Shown here piece after piece: positions 56,741 through 64,000 of a stretch of 64,000 nucleotides of DNA. The position numbers were made by a program, and so were the translations under genes. Origin of the DNA: the human T2T-CHM13v2.0 reference genome, Homo sapiens; assembly GCF_009914755.1 (NCBI RefSeq), contig NC_060925.1; one strand, written 5' to 3'. The notes below the pieces were generated by a model. That model searched no databases, was not told where the DNA came from, and saw only the letters and a program-made list of their open reading frames with translations. How positions within the stretch are numbered: position 1 is the first letter of the stretch; each line of letters begins with the position of its first letter.

Positions 56741-59700
56741 ATACACAATAATACATGATAATTATTGCATTATGTAGGCTACAATATTGAGTACCAATAT
56801 TAGTCCCATTTTATAGATGAGGAAACTGAGGCAAAGGAATATTACATATCTTGTCCAAGGTGACATAACCAAGTATTGGAGCTGGGAATGCACCCAGGTG
56901 GTCTCAGTTCAGAGCTTATGTGTGCATCCTAACGCTAACACATGGAAACCAAGATGTTTCATGGTATCTTCCCCTGTCAACCAACTTAGGCACAGTAGGA
57001 CCTAAGACTCAGATATTTGTGATCTGGAAGGAATCCAAGAGATTTCACCTGATTCTGTTATGGTAGAAGGAATAAAAGATTTTGAGGCTGAAGGCTGGGT
57101 CTTTCTCTCTCTTACTGGGTGACATATAATGTTAAACTTTCTGAATGTCAGTATCCTCACCTGAACAATGGAGAAAATCACTCCTGCTTTACAGGGTTGT
57201 GAAGATTGAAATGTATGCATGTCCAAGGGCTTTGAAAAGTGCTTGCAGTTCCTCTTTCATTTCCTACCACTTCCCCAGCTTTTGGCAGCTGCAATCACTG
57301 ACAATCCATCTCCAAGTTCAATTCTGCCCTAGACAGAGACTGCATATATATTGGCTGCCTCCACCCCAATCACCACCAGTCCAGGAGGGAGCTTGGAATT
57401 AAGTCTTTCTCCAGACTTTGAGCAGAAGGGTTTACCTACGACTGTGGAAGACCACCTCCCTTTTTGTCTCTATTACATGGAGAGTCCAACTTCCTTCCAG
57501 GGGACTCAGGATCTGGTGCTTGAGGAGTCTCTAACCTTGAGACTCTGCAGTCCCTTTTCTACCAACTGGGGCCTACTGTATGTGCTCACAGCTCTGTTTA
57601 AAGTGTTAGGCACATATTAGGTGCTCAATAAATAGCTGTTATTGATAATAGTACTAGTAGAAATTGAATTTGTTGCTACCAAAAATGTATTGCCAGTTTG
57701 AACAGATGTTGGTAAAGGAAAAGTTGGTGATGAAAAGAGAAAGACAAATTTAGTTCAAAAATGTGTCTGACTGCTACTGTGTGTCTGTAGCAGGCGGAGG
57801 GGGTGGATGCAGTGAAACAAACACACCAAGGTCAAAGAGCACACAGACCACTGCTGAGGTTAACCCAAAGGCTAAGGATGGTACCAAGATCACACCTCAC
57901 CTGCAATAGCCCTGGTCCATCGGGTGGCAAATGGATCCACACATAATTACTTGGCACACACTGACGATTATTTTAGAAGTAGCAGATATAAAACATAGAG
58001 CCACCATGTCAGACAAGATATTTTGCTAGTTGATAAAAACCACCTATGAAATTGGCCTCAGTAGTATAAGCTTTATTGTAGGAGCACTGGAAAACTTATA
58101 GTAAATAAAAGCCTAAAACATAGGAAGTGAAGGAAATGTGGAAACTGAGAAATAGGAGAGCTAAGCCAACAAAAGTAATTCTGACACCCTATTACCTATA
58201 GGAGCTAAACTTTTCTTCTTTGCAGTTCATCTCCTTTTATTCCTCTTTTATTTATTCATTCATTCATTTTATACTTTCCTCATTAATTTTATACATTTAT
58301 TTCATTCCTCCTTTATTTATTCCTCACTCCACAAAGGCCATAATGAGCACTCAATGGACTGGAGGAAGCCTGCAGCAAGAGAAAGAAGAGATGCAAAGGG
58401 CCATGGCAGAAGTCAGCAGGTGGACAGAGCCTGGGCTGGCAGTCAGACACCTGGGGTCTGGTCCTTGCACTGGCACTGAATCACATCCCTCCCTCTCTGC
58501 ACTCTGTCCCTTATAAAGTAGGCAGTTAACACCTGAATTAGTTTTCACTGTGACAACTGAATGCGCTAATGTTGGTGAAAATGCCTAATTGTGAAAGGCT
58601 ATCCCCATGTAAATCACTGTTCTTTGGTTGTAAGTCAGAAAATAGAGGAGAGAAGGTTTCACAGCTGGATACCACTGCTAACATTCACAAGCTGAAGCCA
58701 AGGGAGGTTTGGTCTTCGGGCATCTCTTTCCACTTTCCCACTGGGAGAGAACATGGCATTGAGTCTGTGAGAGACAGTGGGTGAGGCAGTATGACTTGGT
58801 TCCCTATGGCAGACCCACTGACACATGGAGCATCTCTTTGGCTGGTTAGTAGATAAATATTAATGACTAAATATGTATGCAGGGTAGAAGATAGATGAGT
58901 GTCCTGGGAGCCATTACTTTGATTGTCCCTTCTTAGATGCATTTAAGGATCTCAATATCTTAATTGTATAGAGTGCTGGAATGAAATAATAGAAAGCATG
59001 GGAGGAGGTGAAGCAAGGTTCATGGGAGGAAAAACAGACCAAAGTTGGGTCACCTGCTGGGGGGCCAAGATGCGAATGTGATTGAGTTGTCCCTGAGAAC
59101 ATAAATGTGGGGATCCTGCTCACATCCTCAAGAGTCCAGGCTATGCTTCTCTGTCTGGGTGTGTGAGCAGTGGCAGAAGGCCCAGCTGTGCCAATTCAGT
59201 GCCCAGAGCCCCTGCTGTGGGCGCACTCCTGTGTATATAGATTTAGAGCATCCCAGTGTATTGTTAGAATATTAGGAAAAAGCAGCATATGGCATGTGCT
59301 CCGCATGCAATTCTGCTCCTGCTGTTAACTTAGTTAAATCCAAAGTCTGATTCTTTCTGCTTATAAAAAGTGCTTTGCACAGGAACGAAAGCCCCAGGCT
59401 GAGTTGCTTTTCTTTTCTTTTTTTCTTACTGTTATTTGTTGAGGGCCATATAAATAGTCCTTAAACGATAAATGGATTCAGGAAGCCCATCTCTGCAATG
59501 AACAAAGCATCAAGCAAACACTCATGTGCCTTTTCTCCCAGGAAGTGTGTGAGACCTTTTCAGGCATGGATGTGGATGAATTTAGGAAACCCTCAATTTT
59601 AATGTTTTACCTTGGCCCTTCTCCAGTGCTCGAACTTCCTGATTCCTGGTTCCTCCTCTTGTCTTCTCCTGTTCTATTCTGGGAAACCCTTTTCTCTGAG

Positions 59701-60497
59701 CTCCAGAGTCAAAATTGTAGTCCTCTCGTCCTCTTCCCTTTCTTCACCTTCACAGACCCTGCTGCTGCTTCTCCTGCACTTTCTCTTCCATTAACCTCAT
59801 CCTCCCTTCTCCTACCACAATCACTCTATTCAGGTCCCCAAGCCACCTTGTGCTGGCCTCTCCTTACTCTAATCCATTGCCACATGACCCTCTTCAACAC
59901 AGCTATGGCCATGCCATGTCACTGCTAAATTAGGGACAATGAACACATTTGGCATTCCAAGCCTCCGTAGACTGATCACAAGGTCTTATCTCTTGCTACC
60001 TTCTCATCTAATCCTATGTGCTTTCTACCCTGGGTCACTGCTCCCTCTGATTCAAGCCCCTTCAGGCTATACCAGCCTATCTCTGTCTACTGAAACCCAA
60101 ACATCACCTCCTCTGTGAAGTCCTTCCTCTCTGACACCTGAGCATGCCTTTCTGGTCTTAGTCATTTCTGTGCTTAAATATTCCTCCCATGAGAATGTGT
60201 CATCCATGAAAACAGGCACTGCTACTCACCTCTGTGGCTCTTCACACACAGTAAATATCAAGCCCATTAGAAAAGGACAAACTTACCTGAATCGCATGAT
60301 GTGAAAGCATGGACGTAACAAGTCACTTGCTGGACCACATAGGGATGTGGATAGAATATGCTGTTTCTTCTTTCTGCTTCTACGTAAGTATAGACAATCA
60401 GAGAAGACTGGAATGCCAGAGAAGGAGGAAGACAACCATGATGTCTTGTATTTTCACACAGTTATTTAATGTATCCTGCTAATCCTATGAGTTAATG

Positions 60498-60718
60498 CAG
60501 TGGTTCTCAACTGGGGACAATTCTGCCCTTCAGAGGACACCTGGCTATGTCTGGGAACACTTTTGGTTGTCACAGCTGGAAGGTACTACTGGCATTTAGT
60601 GGGTAGAGGCTAGGTATGCTGCTAACATCCTACAATACAGAGGACAGCCCTCTGCTGCCACTCCAACAAAGAACTAACCAGGCCAAAATGTCAATAGTAC
60701 TGCTATTGAGAAACCCTG
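60498..60718 (+). mobile_element. MER20 hAT-Charlie MITE inserted in a MIR
   Basis: Terminal inverted repeats cagtggttctcaa...ttgagaaaccctg; internal ttttggttgtcacagctgg...tactggcatttagtgggtagaggc. Confidence 0.9.
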
Positions 60719-60996
60719 AATACTTATTAATTAAAATAAGTATTATTAATCAAGTTGAAAAAACTGACAAACAAGTGAGGTGGATTGCCCAAGATAGAAC
60801 AACTATTTAAGTGGGAGATACAGGCCTAAGCCCCGGTTCCCTGACTCCCAGACCTGTGCTCTTTCTCCTGCATTGTGTGTACATCTGCACAGCCAGACAC
60901 TGTGGCAGAACTCAGAAGAAACAGAACCAACAAAGAATGCTGTCATTACTAAGCTTGGCCGATGTCACAAGGCTGCGGGCCCAGGAGGTAGAATAA

Positions 60997-61347
<351 letters not shown>

Positions 61348-62369
61348 CCCTAGGTGCTTTTTAATAGTGTCTCCAAATTATGTAAGACAGTGAGAGGCAA
61401 TGTCAGAAGCCCAGCAGGCAGCTAAGGCCCATCCCAGTACACCAGGCAAAACTGCTCCAGAGTTAAAGCAACTCCACTGTTCCACGTTACAGAGGGGGTT
61501 AAAGGAGAGCAAACTACCTCACAGTAGTGGGCAGCTGAACCCTCCAACAGACAGTGACTTTACTGAGACCAAGCAACAGCAACGTTAGTTTTCCTGGTAC
61601 GTGTGTCTGTGAGAAGACCTATCTTAGGGGGCTCTGCTGGGTAGAACTGGGCTGCATGAAGAATAAAATTTGACTGATTTGGGCTCAATATGAAGAAGAC
61701 TGGGGAGAACTATCTAAAAGGGCACAAAGTTCCATGTCATTGGGGTTCAGGACACTGAGTGTCCCTTAGAAGAAAATAGTAAACATATTTTTACTATGTT
61801 TTATGAAAAAAAGTAAGGTTACGTGGCTATGCACTAGTTGGAGGTCCTGAACTGAAGACCCCAGCGGCAGGGCTGTCTAGGGGTGGGAGATGGAACCTGA
61901 AAAAATCCTGCCCTCACATGGCAGAAAATAGTCAGCTGGGGGCAGAAGACCCAGGTCTTAAATTGCAGTGACAGTGGTGTACATGCATTGCTCTCCCTCT
62001 GATGAAAGCTGTTGACTTCAGTTGAGAGAGACTTCTGCTGCAATCTGAGGCTGAATGTCAGGAAGGCCATATAAAAGGCAAGGCCTAAGCACAATTTTCT
62101 CCAATTTTAAAAACTTGTCAGCAGATACCTCTACAGTAAGAGCAACAGGCTATGAAGACTGGAAACATATTAGCTGTCATCATAAAATAAAGTAAATATG
62201 ACATGTTTAGTGATGTCCTATCATTACTATTGTGTAACACCAGAATTAAGCAGTTCACATAATAGCTGAAAGGATATGTTTTGGTTTTTCTGTCCTCTCT
62301 TTGCTACCCAGAAGAGTGGTTCCAAATCTCCCCTCTCCCCTAACCCTCGCGGTGTGAAGAACATGACAC

Positions 62370-62585
62370 ACTGGACTTGACTAGCAAAATCTAGCTTGCG
62401 ATTTAACGGTGTGATCCTGGGAAAGTCATGTAATTTTTATTTTGCAGTTTCCTTATCTGCAAAATGGGGATAATATTACTGCTTACCTTTATTGGGTAAT
62501 TGTTGAGGATTAAGTGAGATGTTTGTGAAGTGCAAAAAAACCCAGGTGTGTGCAAAGTAAGTGGCTTGTGAATGTCAACCATTAT
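62370..62585 (+). repeat. MIR
   Basis: cagtttccttatctgcaaaatggggataata...ttgttgaggattaagtgaga. Confidence 0.75.
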
Positions 62586-64000
62586 GACAAAGGGCTTTAC
62601 CATATGCCATCTCCCTTCTTGTACAGCAGTGGGAGATTCCCTCCATCCTCCCAATGAATGAATCTCCACCTAAGTATTGCTCTCTTTTGCCAAATCATTC
62701 CACCTAATTAGACAAAAATTTTCATGTTAGGATGAAGTCACCAAGTTCAAAAGCCACTTGCTTCTAGTTGTTTTCTGTGAGGAAACCACTACAAAGATAA
62801 TACTACATCAGCTAAGTGTACCAGAAAGGCCAACTTTGTTATTTTATGCCCCATATTGTTAGATAAACAGTGACTTGAGTTACAGTACCAGCTTATGAGT
62901 GTGACAAAACTGCTTCATAGTATCTGCTGGTTTCTCAAGATGAACCATGATTAAAATGATAAGGGCAGTTTGTAGGGGTGTAACTGCCATATTTATGCCC
63001 TCTGGGATATGAGAACAATCTCTGGGGCTGATCTAAGGTTATCAGCAGCACTGAGACTTTGTTGAGGAATTGGAGCTTTCAACAACGAGGAAAGGTATGA
63101 GTTGTTCATTAAACTGGTAGGATCTTGGCAGGGCAAGGAGATTGCTGACTCTGAGAATAGCAGAGTGGCCCTGCTTTTCTCTTTGAGCACATTATTTCTG
63201 CTAGAGGTTAGACCCCAGTGTTTTTCTACTGGCTTCCTGGAGGAAGAATAAGGGCTGAGCTGTGCACAGCTGCATATCCTGACCTAGCAGCTTCATGGTA
63301 GTACCGGAAACTCCTCACAAGGTCCACTCTGGTCTTCCTCAAGAGCTGGTTATGGGAATTCTCAGGAGAAGAGAGGATACCTGTTATTGTGTAACTTTAG
63401 GTTTAGAGTTACATTTTCCTAAAGACAGATGTATGTTAGAGGTAGAATTTCTTAGACAAAACCAAACCTGCAATTTGCATATTCTGCCAGCAGGTGACAG
63501 CGATATGAAACAAAACACAAGATGTCTTTGCTTCATGTGGGGATCTTTCTGCAAATCCCACAAATGTGTAACTGTTAATTTCAATGATTTATTAAAATAT
63601 TTGCAACTTTTAAATAATATTAATCTGTAAAGTTGAGCAATCTTAAAAAAAAAAAAAAGAACCGTAAATATAATGTGAAATAGTGAATCTGATTTTTGGT
63701 GGTTAGAAATGTATTCCAGTGCTAATCTTATGCCTAATTAATTAGAGCAGGTCTTTGCACACCTGTGGGCTTCAGGCTACGGCCTTTCTCAGGCCGTCTG
63801 CTTCAATTGCACTGGCTTCTCCTTCTCTGATGGCCACTCGCGAGGTGCTTACCATTATAATTGCCGTGTTTTGGAACTCCCATCTCCTTTCTCTAAACAT
63901 TATTATTTATTGAGCCCTTACTTTATACGAGGAACTAAGTGAGATAACTTCATGCCACTTGTCTCATTTCATCCTCATCACCCCAAAGGTTACATGTACT

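Noticed and set aside
63831-63850. CTCF-like or BANP/ZBTB33-like site (tggccaCTCGCGAGgtgc)
   Set aside because: Spacing does not fit CTCF; only the 8-bp core of TCTCGCGAGA is present and it lies outside a CpG island.

Overview
Primate (most likely human) genomic DNA from the FAM78B locus, with the gene on the minus strand. The window holds the terminal coding exon (862->340), the start of the 3' UTR, and about 63 kb of the large upstream intron; exon 1 lies outside the window. The intron is mostly interspersed repeats: Alu, MIR, L2, THE1B, MER2, MER20, MER58, MER115-like elements and microsatellites. The main structure is a 13.5-kb nested LINE-1. A full-length L1PB1-type element (26861-40313, 18-bp TSD) is interrupted by a full-length L1PA4-type element that carries a ~570-bp 3' transduction of an older L1 3' end, all inside one 13-bp TSD. 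The inner L1 is antisense to FAM78B, so its antisense promoter and open ORF0 point toward the FAM78B terminal exon. Its surviving ORF0 splice donor is in the same phase as that exon's acceptor, which predicts a possible 237-aa ORF0-FAM78B fusion protein; this is a hypothesis only. Repeat subfamily names come from recalled consensus sequences and need RepeatMasker/Dfam confirmation. Boundaries of ancient repeats are approximate.
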